In this document: piece after piece, positions 41,430-50,869 of the stretch
How the letters are laid out: every line of letters starts with the position of its first letter
Position numbering within the stretch: the first letter of the stretch is position 1
Source: Gemmatimonadota bacterium
GTDB taxonomy: Bacteria; Gemmatimonadota; Gemmatimonadetes; Palauibacterales; Palauibacteraceae
Direction of reading: 5' to 3'
NCBI GenBank assembly: GCA_039588275.1
Contig: JBDHAC010000003.1
Coordinates: 17,707-81,706, forward strand
Length of the DNA stretch: 64,000 nt
Position numbers and translations under genes: made by a program
The notes under the pieces: model-generated
Databases searched by the model: none
What the model saw: only the letters and a program-made list of their open reading frames with translations
Told to the model about the DNA's origin: nothing

Positions 41430-43622
41430 ATGCCGGCGCTTGAATCCGCGACGCTAACGGTCCGCGCACGAGCCACGGCCGCATGTGGCGGATTTGCGCT
41501 CGCGGCGCTGCTCATCCCCACTTCGCTCGCGGGGCAAGGCACGCAGCGTGGTAGCTGCACCCTGATCTGGGAACCGACCACCGCGGACACGCGCAGCGTC
41601 AGCACCCGCGAGGGGCAGGACGCGTACGTGACGCATGTGAGCGGCGGGATGCTGTGGACGTGCGGTACGGCCACGATGCGCGCGGACAGCGCAGTCAAGT
41701 ACGACCTGGCCCGCCGCGTGGACCTGATCGGGAACGTGCGCTATCGGGATACGATCCGCACCCTGGAGTCGGTATACCTCACCTATTTCGAGCTCGATGA
41801 CCGAGTCATCGCTACCGACAGCGTCCACTTGACGCGGCTTGTCGACGGCTCGACGCTGACGGGGCCCCGAGTGGAGTTTCTGCGGGCGGTGACGGGCGTG
41901 GATGAAGAGACGATCGCGACCGGCCGGCCCCACATGGTGCTTTACCCGGAAGGAGATGACCCTGGCCCGCCGTTCGACGTCGACGCGGACCGGGCCATCT
42001 TCGCCGGGGAGGAAGAGGCGCGCGCGTTCGGGGATGTGATCATCACCCGACCTGACCTTCGCGCCGAGGCTGACTCCACCACCTTTCGCATCCCCGAGGG
42101 GACGGGGGTCTTGTACGGATCCCCTCGGGTGGAAGCCGAGACTATCACTCTGCGCGGCGACACCATCCGGACCGGCTTCGAGGACAACGTGTTGCGGGAC
42201 GTGCATGCGCTCGGCCGAGCGCATGCGCAGGGCGAGTCGTTCGAGGTCCGGTCGGAGCGCATCGACGTCGCGGTAGAGGACGACGAGGTGGAGGCAGTGT
42301 GGGCCCACGGTGCGGGCATGGCGGAAGCCATATCCGGGGACCAGCACCTGTACGGCGATTCGCTGCGCTTCGCGATGTTCGAGGGTCGGCTCGACACCAT
42401 CAACGCGGTCGGCCGAACTGCGGCTGTCCAGGGCACCGGGCCGGCTCGCTTCGAATTGGAGACGGCGACCGTTCCCGAGACCGAGTCGGGCGATGAGGCT
42501 GCCGTCCCGCCCGCCGCGGACTCGATCGGCGTCGCGGAGCCGGTGGCCGAAGACTCGGTGCGCGCCCCGGACCCGGTCGTGGAGGATTCGGTCCGCCTGC
42601 CGGAGCCGATGGCCGAAGACTCGATCGGCGTCGTAGAGCCGGTGGCCGAAGACTCGGTGCGCGCCCCGGAGCCGGTCGTGGAGGATTCGGTCCGCACACC
42701 GGTCCAGCAACCCTTCGAGGCGGCCGAGGCGGTTCCGCTGGAGGAGGACCCGGGCGAAGGTGCCACACCCACCGTGGCCCGCGGCGTGGCCGACGAGAGC
42801 GTGGCAGGCGAGGCGAATGCCGACACGACCTCCCGGGCGGAGCCCGACCGATCCGACGAGGTATCGAGGTTGCGTCTGCCCACCGAAGAGGACTCCAATT
42901 GGGTGAGCGGAGATACCCTGTACGCGATCTTCGAGCGCACCCCGCGAGCGGCCGGGCCGAGTCCGCCGGAGAGCACGCGGGCAGCCCCGATTCTCCCGGA
43001 CAGCGCAGGGGCAGCCCGGATTCTCCCGGACAGCGTCATCGCCATCCCGGTTCCGACCGACAGCGCGGTCGCCGTGCCGGCCGAGCCGGACTCCACGGCC
43101 GACCCCGTCTTGGAGCGACTCACGGTTATCGGTCACGCGCGCTCCCTGTACGCGCAGGTCCGTGACACGGCCGCAGCCAATCGACCCTCCCGCAATTACA
43201 TGATCGGATCGCGGATAGACATCTTCTTCCGCGACGGGGAGCCTGAACGGGTGGAAGGTACGGACGCCATCGGTCTATACCTGGAGCCGCTCGAGACGCC
43301 GGAGAGCCAGGCCCCCGAGACCGGCGCGGTCCCGGCGCCGCAAGACACGACGGGCACCGGCGCCCGCGAAGACACGACGAGTGTCCGTGTTCGCGAAGAC
43401 ACGACCCAGGTCTCGCAACCACCGGACTCGAGCGGAGGTGTGCCGACGCGTCCTCGGGAGAGCGGTGCGCGCTCCACCGCGAGCGTGACGAACTCGGCCG
43501 CTCGAGACGGCCGTCGGGATCCACCCGCGAGAGATTCGGTGCAGGGCAAGAGGTCTGGAACCGCTGCATCCCGAGCGTCTCGCATGCGGTCGGGGCCACC
43601 ACTGTCGAGGATCTTTCCATGA
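41430..43622 (+). CDS. lptA: LptA/OstA-N domain protein with very long low-complexity repeat extension (about 730 aa)
   Basis: Signal peptide. OstA-like N-terminal 170 aa. Positioned between lptC and lptB. Confidence 0.6.
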   Translation: MPALESATLTVRARATAACGGFALAALLIPTSLAGQGTQRGSCTLIWEPTTADTRSVSTREGQDAYVTHVSGGMLWTCGTATMRADSAVKYDLARRVDLIGNVRYRDTIRTLESVYLTYFELDDRVIATDSVHLTRLVDGSTLTGPRVEFLRAVTGVDEETIATGRPHMVLYPEGDDPGPPFDVDADRAIFAGEEEARAFGDVIITRPDLRAEADSTTFRIPEGTGVLYGSPRVEAETITLRGDTIRTGFEDNVLRDVHALGRAHAQGESFEVRSERIDVAVEDDEVEAVWAHGAGMAEAISGDQHLYGDSLRFAMFEGRLDTINAVGRTAAVQGTGPARFELETATVPETESGDEAAVPPAADSIGVAEPVAEDSVRAPDPVVEDSVRLPEPMAEDSIGVVEPVAEDSVRAPEPVVEDSVRTPVQQPFEAAEAVPLEEDPGEGATPTVARGVADESVAGEANADTTSRAEPDRSDEVSRLRLPTEEDSNWVSGDTLYAIFERTPRAAGPSPPESTRAAPILPDSAGAARILPDSVIAIPVPTDSAVAVPAEPDSTADPVLERLTVIGHARSLYAQVRDTAAANRPSRNYMIGSRIDIFFRDGEPERVEGTDAIGLYLEPLETPESQAPETGAVPAPQDTTGTGAREDTTSVRVREDTTQVSQPPDSSGGVPTRPRESGARSTASVTNSAARDGRRDPPARDSVQGKRSGTAASRASRMRSGPPLSRIFP
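42519..42716 (+). repeat. two 99-nt tandem copies, each made of three 33-nt sub-repeats (11-aa DS[VI]RxPEPVAE units), in lptA
   Basis: Copies start at 42519 and 42618. Identity is near-perfect over about 78 nt. Confidence 0.8.
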
Positions 43623-44437
43623 CCGATTCGGGCTCGACCGCGCAGGATCGCACGCACGAGACGTCGGCCCAGGCCATGGACCCGGAGCCGCTGGCGCGCG
43701 AGGTCAACGCCTCGCCGAGCACGCTGCGCGCCGATGGACTCGTGAAGTCTTTCAAGCGACGGCGGGTCGTGGATGAGGTCGATTTGAGCCTGGTGCAGGG
43801 AGAGATCGTCGGGCTGCTCGGACCCAACGGGGCAGGGAAGACGACGACGTTCTATATGATGGTCGGACTCCTCAAAGCCGATCAAGGCCGCGTGTATCTG
43901 GACGACCAGGAGCTCACCACGTGGCCGATGTACAAGAGAGCGCGGGCCGGGATCGGCTATCTGCCCCAGGAACCCTCCGTGTTCCTGAAGCTGAGCGTGG
44001 AGGACAACGTGATGGCGATTCTGGAGACGCTTCCGCTGTCTCGCGAAGAGCGTCATGCGAGACTCGAGAGCCTCCTCGATGAACTGTCGATCAAGCACCT
44101 GCGGAAGAACAAGGCCTATTCACTGTCCGGGGGCGAGCGCCGGCGGCTGGAAATCACCAGGGCGCTGGTGACGCGACCCAAGTTCCTGTTACTCGATGAG
44201 CCCTTCACGGGAGTCGACCCGATCGCGATCGACGACATTCAACGCATAGTGCAAGGACTCCGGAACAAGGGTCTGGGGGTGCTCGTCACCGACCACAACG
44301 TGCGCGAGACTTTGTCCATAACCGACCGCGCGTATCTCCTGTTCAACGGCGAAATCCTCGTCGAAGGACCGGCTGATCGGCTCGTGAAAGACCCCGAGGC
44401 GCGCGCACTCTACCTGGGACAAGACTTCCGGCTTTAG
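43619..44437 (+). CDS. lptB: LPS export ABC transporter ATP-binding protein
   Basis: Walker A GPNGAGKTT, signature LSGGERRR, Walker B LLLDEP. Confidence 0.9.
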   Translation: MTDSGSTAQDRTHETSAQAMDPEPLAREVNASPSTLRADGLVKSFKRRRVVDEVDLSLVQGEIVGLLGPNGAGKTTTFYMMVGLLKADQGRVYLDDQELTTWPMYKRARAGIGYLPQEPSVFLKLSVEDNVMAILETLPLSREERHARLESLLDELSIKHLRKNKAYSLSGGERRRLEITRALVTRPKFLLLDEPFTGVDPIAIDDIQRIVQGLRNKGLGVLVTDHNVRETLSITDRAYLLFNGEILVEGPADRLVKDPEARALYLGQDFRL

Positions 44438-44582
44438 GGCGCGTCAGCGGGGGTGCCATCCATCCCAGCACCGTGTATCTTTAGCTTCTGGTACGATTCT
44501 TGTGACACATGGGTGTGGGGATGAACGTGCGGAAGCCAGCCTGCCCGAAGGCCCTATCCAGGGGTGAGCAAGGAGGAACGAG

Positions 44583-46052
44583 GTGAGCGGAATGCGACCC
44601 GGCCTCCACACGGGCCTTCGAATGAAACAAGAGTTGAAGGTGAATCCTCGCCTGTATCAGGCGATGGACCTTCTCTATATGCCCCTCCTCGATCTTCAAC
44701 AGCACCTCAAGCAAGAGCTCGTCAACAACCCGTTCCTCGACCTCGTCGAGCCGGGCGAGGACGAGTTGAAGGAAGAAGCCGAGGAAAAGGAAGACCCCGA
44801 AGAGGAGGAAGTCGATTGGGAGGAGATCCTGCTCAACGGCTTCGATGCGGGGGGACGGCGCGCGGAGTACGAGGAGAAGGAGTACTTCCGACCCACCCCG
44901 GCCGCGACGCGGGATCTGTGGGACCACCTGTTCGATCAGCTCACGTTGATGAAGCTGGTTCCGCGCGAGGTGCTGATCGGCGAGGAGATCATCGGCAACA
45001 TCGACCGGGAAGGCTTTCTGACCTGTTCGCTGGGGCAGATCGTAGAGTCGGTGAACAACTATCTCGCGGACCCGGAAAACCCGCTCGTCCGTGAGGCGGA
45101 GGAGGCCGAAGAGGAGATCAATCTCGAGTCGGTCACCACGGAGGAAGTGGAGCGGATGCTCGGCATGATACAGGGCTTCGATCCCAGCGGGATCGCGGCT
45201 CGCGATCTGCGCGAGACGTTGCTCTTGCAGCTCCGAGACCGAGGCGAGGAGGACACGCTGGCGTTCCGGATCGTCCGCGATCACTTCGACGAGTTGGTGA
45301 ATCATCGTTGGAGCGAGCTCTCGAAGGAGCACGGCATCTCGCCGCAGGAAGTCCAGAGCGCTGCGGATGAGATTTCGAAGTTGGACCCGAAGCCGGGGCT
45401 CAAGTACTCGGACCTGTCCGACGCCTACGTGATTCCCGATCTCGTCGTCGAGAAGATCGACGGCCAGTATTACGTCTTCCACAACGACACCTCGCTGCCT
45501 CGCCTCAAGCTCTCGCGCTCCTATCGCGAGGTCGCGCAGGACCGAGGCAAGTTCCAGGGCGAGAACAAGACCTTCATCTCGAAGAAGCTCAACAGCGCCC
45601 AGTGGATGATCCAGGCGATCGAGCAGCGCCGGCAGACCATGCTGAAAGTGATGAACTTCATCGTCGACCGGCAGCGGGACTTCTTCGAGAAGGGCGTCGA
45701 GCACCTGCGCCCGCTCACTCTCCGCGAGGTCGCCGAGCACATCGACATGCATGAGTCGACGGTGTCGCGGGTCACGAACGAGAAGTACGTGCAGACACCT
45801 CGTGGCGTATTCCCACTCAAGTTCTTCTTCTCGAGCGGGCTGTCCACCGACTACGGGGAGGATGTGTCGGCCCGCGGCGTGCGGGCGCAGATCAAGAAGC
45901 TCGTGGGAGAGGAGGATTCCACGAGCCCGCTCACGGACCAGGCCATCGTCGACATCCTGAAACGAGACGGCGTACAGATCGCGCGCCGAACGGTGGCAAA
46001 ATACCGCGACCAGCTCGGGATCCTCTCCGCTCGCATGCGCAAGCGCGTATGA
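44583..46052 (+). CDS. rpoN: RNA polymerase sigma-54 factor
   Basis: N-terminal LKQELKVNPRLYQAM. C-terminal RpoN box ARRTVAKYRDQLGI. aggagg RBS 6 nt before GTG. Confidence 0.9.
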   Translation: MSGMRPGLHTGLRMKQELKVNPRLYQAMDLLYMPLLDLQQHLKQELVNNPFLDLVEPGEDELKEEAEEKEDPEEEEVDWEEILLNGFDAGGRRAEYEEKEYFRPTPAATRDLWDHLFDQLTLMKLVPREVLIGEEIIGNIDREGFLTCSLGQIVESVNNYLADPENPLVREAEEAEEEINLESVTTEEVERMLGMIQGFDPSGIAARDLRETLLLQLRDRGEEDTLAFRIVRDHFDELVNHRWSELSKEHGISPQEVQSAADEISKLDPKPGLKYSDLSDAYVIPDLVVEKIDGQYYVFHNDTSLPRLKLSRSYREVAQDRGKFQGENKTFISKKLNSAQWMIQAIEQRRQTMLKVMNFIVDRQRDFFEKGVEHLRPLTLREVAEHIDMHESTVSRVTNEKYVQTPRGVFPLKFFFSSGLSTDYGEDVSARGVRAQIKKLVGEEDSTSPLTDQAIVDILKRDGVQIARRTVAKYRDQLGILSARMRKRV

Positions 46053-47134
46053 CCGAAGCGGCCGCGGACGAACGATCCGTACCAGCGGCTCCCCCTTCCC
46101 ACCCGGTCTCGGCTCCAGATGTCTCGCGCTCCGAGACCCCGCCTGCGAAGGCACCGCAGGTGACCGCGGCCTCCTCGCCGGCCCCCAGGGTCTCGATCGT
46201 GATCCCGGCGTTCAACGAAGCCGAGAACATGCCCGAGCTCTTCGACGAGCTCGCCGGAACCATCCGTGAGCACGACCTTCACGCCGAGATCATCCTCGTG
46301 GACGATGGTTCGACCGACGGCACGCTGACCGCGGCTCGCCAGGCGACCGAGGCAGCAGACTTGCGGGACGTCACGCTGCTCCAGCACCGGCGCAACCGAG
46401 GCAAGACGGAGGCGCTGATCACGGCCGCACGCGAGGCACGGGGCGAGTATCTGGTGCTGTTCGACGCCGACCTGCAGCATTCGCCGCAGGAGATCCCACG
46501 CTTCGTCGAGCGCCTGGACTCGGGCGTGGATGTCGTCGCCGGTCGTAAGGTAGGACCGTACGAAAAGCGACTCGTATCGGGCCTCTACAATTGGCTCGCG
46601 CGGAAGATCTTCCGAGTCCCGGCTCGAGACCTGAACGCCATGAAGGCGTTTCGCGCCGAGGTCCTGGATCGCATCCACCTACGCCATGATTGGCACCGGT
46701 ATCTCGTGATCCTGGCGCATGCCGAAGGATACGAGATCGGGGAGATGGACATCCGGCTATACCCGCGCCGACACGGGGAGCCCAAGTACTCCGGCCGTCG
46801 GCGAATCCTCGTGGGAATCCTGGACCTGCTGGCCGTGTGGTTCCAGCTCGTGTTCAGTCGCAAGCCCATGCTGTTCTTCGGCGTGACCGGACTGGGGCTG
46901 TTGGTGGCGGGCGGGATCACGGGCGCGGTAGCGCTTGTCCTCCGCTTTGCCTTCCAGCTCGGCTTTCGACCCCTGCTCACGCTGGTCCTGCTGCTCGTGA
47001 TGTCCGGGCTAGTTCTTTTCGTGCTGGGCTTCCTGGCGGAGTTGATCGCGGGGCTGCGGGGGGAGATCGAGGAGCTAAGACGAGAGCGTCGTGAGGGGCG
47101 CTGGCGGGTGGGGACCGGCGACCGCCAGGACTGA
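46049..47134 (+). CDS. GT2 polyprenol-phosphate sugar synthase (GtrB/ArnC/Dpm1-like) with C-terminal TM helices
   Basis: VSIVIPAFNEAENM...LVDDGSTDGT motifs. Confidence 0.75.
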   Translation: MTEAAADERSVPAAPPSHPVSAPDVSRSETPPAKAPQVTAASSPAPRVSIVIPAFNEAENMPELFDELAGTIREHDLHAEIILVDDGSTDGTLTAARQATEAADLRDVTLLQHRRNRGKTEALITAAREARGEYLVLFDADLQHSPQEIPRFVERLDSGVDVVAGRKVGPYEKRLVSGLYNWLARKIFRVPARDLNAMKAFRAEVLDRIHLRHDWHRYLVILAHAEGYEIGEMDIRLYPRRHGEPKYSGRRRILVGILDLLAVWFQLVFSRKPMLFFGVTGLGLLVAGGITGAVALVLRFAFQLGFRPLLTLVLLLVMSGLVLFVLGFLAELIAGLRGEIEELRRERREGRWRVGTGDRQD

Positions 47135-48676
47135 GTGAGCGACGATCCGAAGGCGGACCCGGGGAGTTCCCGCCGCTCGCGCTTCGGGTGGACGGCGGCG
47201 GGTCTCGCCACCCTGCACGCGGTGGTCGGGTTGCTCCTCTTCGAGCCCACGCTCTTTCCGGGCGGCGACAACGCAGGCTATCTGATCCTCGGCGATTCAC
47301 TGAGAACGGGTAGCGGATACCGAGACCTCTACCTGCCAGGGTCCCCGCTCCACGCCAGGTATCCCCCGCTGCTGCCGTCGCTTCTAGCGCTCCTCGGCAC
47401 GCTCGGCGGCACCCATCTCGCCAAGATCGCCATGCTAGCCTGCACGTCGCTCGCGGTCTGGGTCACGGCGATCCTGGGCCGCCGACTCGTTGGAGATGGC
47501 CCCGCTCTATTCGCAGCGGCGCTACTGGCCATCAACCCGACGTTGCTCGAGTACGGGCACTACATCCTGTCCGAGGCCCCCTTCGTGTTGCTGGTCGTAC
47601 TGGCGTTGTGGGCGTCGCAGCGCGACGACCGTCAGGGGGCGGTACTGGCCACCGTCGCTGCGGTCGGTGCGTTCGCCACGCGTACGGCGGGACTTACCGT
47701 GCTACTGGCGCTCCCGCTGAGCTGGGTGGCCCGAAAGTCCTGGCGTCGCGCCGCCTGGGGAGGCATCGTGGCGATCTCCACGCTCGCGATCTGGGGACTC
47801 TACCAGCGCTGGGCCGCGCCGGAGCAGCCGGGCTACTTACAGGAACTCGTGCTCATCGACCCCTACACCCCCGAGGCGGGCTCGGTGGGCCTTACCGGAC
47901 TTGCCTTGCGCGCGGCGGAGAACCTCTGGGCGTACGCGAGCCGCGTCATCCCGCAGACTGCGATCGGCACGGAAGGAGCGGCCACACCTCTGGTCGCGAT
48001 CTTCGGGCTCACGCTGGCGGGGCTCGCGCTCGCTGGCTGGGCGATGCGCACCCGCAAGCCGCTGGACCCCCCGGAGATCTTCGTACTGCTCTATGTGGGG
48101 CTGATCGCGATCTGGCCTCAGGTCTGGACCGATCGGCGTTTCCTGCTCCCGCTCCTTCCGATGCTCACGCTGTTGGCCCTCGGCTTCGTCGCCAGCCGGG
48201 GCGACCGCGCGCGGCGCTGGGCGCCGGCCTTACTGGCGTGCGCAATCGCGCTCCCCTGTCTCGTGTGGGTTGTCAAACGGGTGCCCGCGCGCGTTGAATG
48301 CGTCGCGATGTATCGTGCGGGCCAACCGTGCGATATTCCGGCGTTCGCCAGCCTATACGAAGCCGCCCGCTGGGCCCGTGACAGCACGCCCCCCGATGCA
48401 ATCATCGCCAACCGGAAGCCGCGGCTGTTTTACTGGTACTCCCGCCGGCAGGGTGACCTGTACCCGTTCTCGACCGACGAAGATATCGTGCTCGGCGGGC
48501 TCGAGCGCATGGGTGCGGACTTCGTTGTCGTCGACCAGGTGAGTGGCACCACGGGACGTTATCTGGTCCCGGCCATCCAGGCCCGGCAGCACCGTTTCGA
48601 GCCTGTATACCAGGGAGGGTCCCCACCGACCTTCGTGTTTCGGATGCTGCCGTCGTCTCCCGTGGCCGTAAAATGA
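47135..48676 (+). CDS. polytopic membrane protein, putative GT-C fold glycosyltransferase (ArnT/PMT-like)
   Basis: About 11 TM helices. First periplasmic loop with an acidic/aromatic motif. Stop-start coupled to the upstream GT2 gene. Confidence 0.4.
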   Translation: MSDDPKADPGSSRRSRFGWTAAGLATLHAVVGLLLFEPTLFPGGDNAGYLILGDSLRTGSGYRDLYLPGSPLHARYPPLLPSLLALLGTLGGTHLAKIAMLACTSLAVWVTAILGRRLVGDGPALFAAALLAINPTLLEYGHYILSEAPFVLLVVLALWASQRDDRQGAVLATVAAVGAFATRTAGLTVLLALPLSWVARKSWRRAAWGGIVAISTLAIWGLYQRWAAPEQPGYLQELVLIDPYTPEAGSVGLTGLALRAAENLWAYASRVIPQTAIGTEGAATPLVAIFGLTLAGLALAGWAMRTRKPLDPPEIFVLLYVGLIAIWPQVWTDRRFLLPLLPMLTLLALGFVASRGDRARRWAPALLACAIALPCLVWVVKRVPARVECVAMYRAGQPCDIPAFASLYEAARWARDSTPPDAIIANRKPRLFYWYSRRQGDLYPFSTDEDIVLGGLERMGADFVVVDQVSGTTGRYLVPAIQARQHRFEPVYQGGSPPTFVFRMLPSSPVAVK

Positions 48677-49920
48677 GAGCTCTCCACATCGTGACAGCGT
48701 TTCCTCGCCACGAGGATGACGTGATCACGCCCTGGCTCGGGAACGTATTGCTCGGTCTTCGAGACGCGGGAGTGGACGCAGAGGTGCTCGCGCCGGCGTA
48801 CCGGGGGGGCGGAGCGCGCGAATGGCGTGGGATTACCGTTCGACGGTTTCGATACGCTCCCGCCGCCCTCGAGACGCTGACCCACGACGAAACTACCCCG
48901 GACCGACTGAAGCACCGTCCGTGGTACGTCGGCCTTCTGCCTGGTTACGTTGTGGGAGGAGCCATGGCGGCCTACCGCGCGGGCCAGACGGTACCGGACG
49001 TCATCCACGTCCATTGGCCGGTCCCGCACGGACTGTTCGGAGCGATCGGTCAAGTGGCGTCGGGCGGCCGATCGGCGCTCGTCGCAAGCTACTACTCGGT
49101 GGAGCTCAAGTGGATCGAGCGACGGCTCCCTAGCCTCGTCCCCTTCTTGCGTTGGACGATCGACTGTGCCGACGAAGTGACCGCGATCTCGACAGCGACG
49201 GCCCGGGAAGTCCGTCGGCACGTGGAGCGTCCGGTCCGGGTCATCCCGTTCGCGACCGGACTCTCGGGGGAGGTCGTCGATATCGGGCGGGGAGCGCGCC
49301 CTGCGGAGCAAGCGCCCGAGATCCTGTTTGTGGGTCGACTGGTGGAGCGAAAAGGCGTCGAGGTGCTGGTTCGCGCGCTGGCCCGTTTGCGCGAGCGGCG
49401 GGACGTGCGGGTTACGATCGTCGGAGAGGGGACCTGGGAGCCGCGGATTCGCGCGGCTGTAAGCGCCGCCGGGGTGGAGGACGCCGTGACCTTCACCGGG
49501 CGCGTCGATGAGTCGGCACTCGTCGAGGCCTATGGACGCGCGAGTGTGTTCGCGCTTCCCGCCGTGGAGGACGTGAAGGGAGACACCGAAGGACTCGGCG
49601 TCGTTCTGCTCGAGGCAATACGGCTTGGGGTGCCGGTCGTCGCTTCCTCTGCGGGCGGCATACCCGATATCGTGGTCGACGGCGAAACGGGGTGGCTCGT
49701 ACCGCCGCGTGATGACCGAGCGCTCGCCCGCGCGTTGCAGGAGGTTATCGATGATCCGGAGGAGGCGCGTCGACGTGTGGCGCGCGGCCGCGAACGGGTG
49801 GAACGGCGGTTTTCGCCCGAGGGGGTCGTGGCCTCGCTCGTCGAGTGCTACGAAGCCGCCATCACTCGGCGCCGAGGGTTCCAGACCGGTGGCGATCAAA
49901 GTGCGCCGACGGCGTCCTAA
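48673..49920 (+). CDS. GT4 family glycosyltransferase (GT-B fold)
   Basis: EGLGVVLLEAIRLGVPVVASSAGGIPDIV motif. Confidence 0.75.
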   Translation: MRALHIVTAFPRHEDDVITPWLGNVLLGLRDAGVDAEVLAPAYRGGGAREWRGITVRRFRYAPAALETLTHDETTPDRLKHRPWYVGLLPGYVVGGAMAAYRAGQTVPDVIHVHWPVPHGLFGAIGQVASGGRSALVASYYSVELKWIERRLPSLVPFLRWTIDCADEVTAISTATAREVRRHVERPVRVIPFATGLSGEVVDIGRGARPAEQAPEILFVGRLVERKGVEVLVRALARLRERRDVRVTIVGEGTWEPRIRAAVSAAGVEDAVTFTGRVDESALVEAYGRASVFALPAVEDVKGDTEGLGVVLLEAIRLGVPVVASSAGGIPDIVVDGETGWLVPPRDDRALARALQEVIDDPEEARRRVARGRERVERRFSPEGVVASLVECYEAAITRRRGFQTGGDQSAPTAS

Positions 49921-49939
49921 CCCGGGGAGTCATTGATCC

Positions 49940-50848
49940 ATGGTCAAGCTCGCGGTCGTCCGATGGTACCTCAACGCGCTGTACCTGCGTGCGCTCCGGC
50001 TGCGAGACCGCTGGCTGCGTCCCCGCGCCTTGAACGCCATCGACGCCAACCTGGCGAGCTCGCTGTTCACGGAGTACGAGTCGATCGCGGAGGAGCTCTC
50101 GCACGTGGAGCGGCTGCAAAACCGCGAGTTCAAGGTCTTCTCGCAGAATGGGGAAGATGGCCTGCTTGCCTACATCTTCTCCGAGATCGGCACGACGAAT
50201 CGGCGGTTCGTAGAATTCGGAGTCGAGGACGGACGGGAGTGCAATTGCGCCAATCTCGCGATCCACTTCGGCTGGAGCGGCCTGATGCTCGAGGCCAACC
50301 CGGCCGATGTGCACCGGGCCCGGGTCTTCTACGGCAGGCTGCGAGGGGAGGATGGCCCGAGGGTGGCCGTGGAGGAGTGCCTCGTGACGATCGAGAACAT
50401 CAACGAAGCGATCGCGGCGGGCCGGGTGACGGGTGAGATAGACCTGCTCTCCATCGACATCGACGGGAACGACTACTGGATCTGGGAGGCGATCGATGTC
50501 GTCAGCGCGAGAGTGGTGGTCATCGAATACAACGCGTCCTTCGGCAGACGCTCCATCAGCATCGCGTACGATCCGGGGTTCGTTCGCTTCAAGGCGCACC
50601 GCAGCGGCTGGTACCACGGCGCGTCGCTCGCAGCCTTGACGAAGCTCAGCGACCGTAAGGGATACGACCTGATCGGCACGGACAGCTTTGGCGTGAATGC
50701 TTTCTTCGTTCGGCGGGATGTGCCGAAGGGGAGACTGGAGGCATTGGAGGCGGACGAGGCGTACCGACCGCAGCGCAAGCGTATGAAGGTCGCGACGCTG
50801 GAGCAGCAGTTCGCGGCGATCGAGCACTTGGCCTACGTTGACGTCTAG
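49940..50848 (+). CDS. FkbM-family methyltransferase-like protein
   Basis: FVEFGVEDG...LEANP and IDLLSIDIDGNDYWIWEAI blocks resemble FkbM domain motifs. Confidence 0.4.
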   Translation: MVKLAVVRWYLNALYLRALRLRDRWLRPRALNAIDANLASSLFTEYESIAEELSHVERLQNREFKVFSQNGEDGLLAYIFSEIGTTNRRFVEFGVEDGRECNCANLAIHFGWSGLMLEANPADVHRARVFYGRLRGEDGPRVAVEECLVTIENINEAIAAGRVTGEIDLLSIDIDGNDYWIWEAIDVVSARVVVIEYNASFGRRSISIAYDPGFVRFKAHRSGWYHGASLAALTKLSDRKGYDLIGTDSFGVNAFFVRRDVPKGRLEALEADEAYRPQRKRMKVATLEQQFAAIEHLAYVDV

Positions 50849-50869
50849 GCGACACGATCGCCGTGTCCG

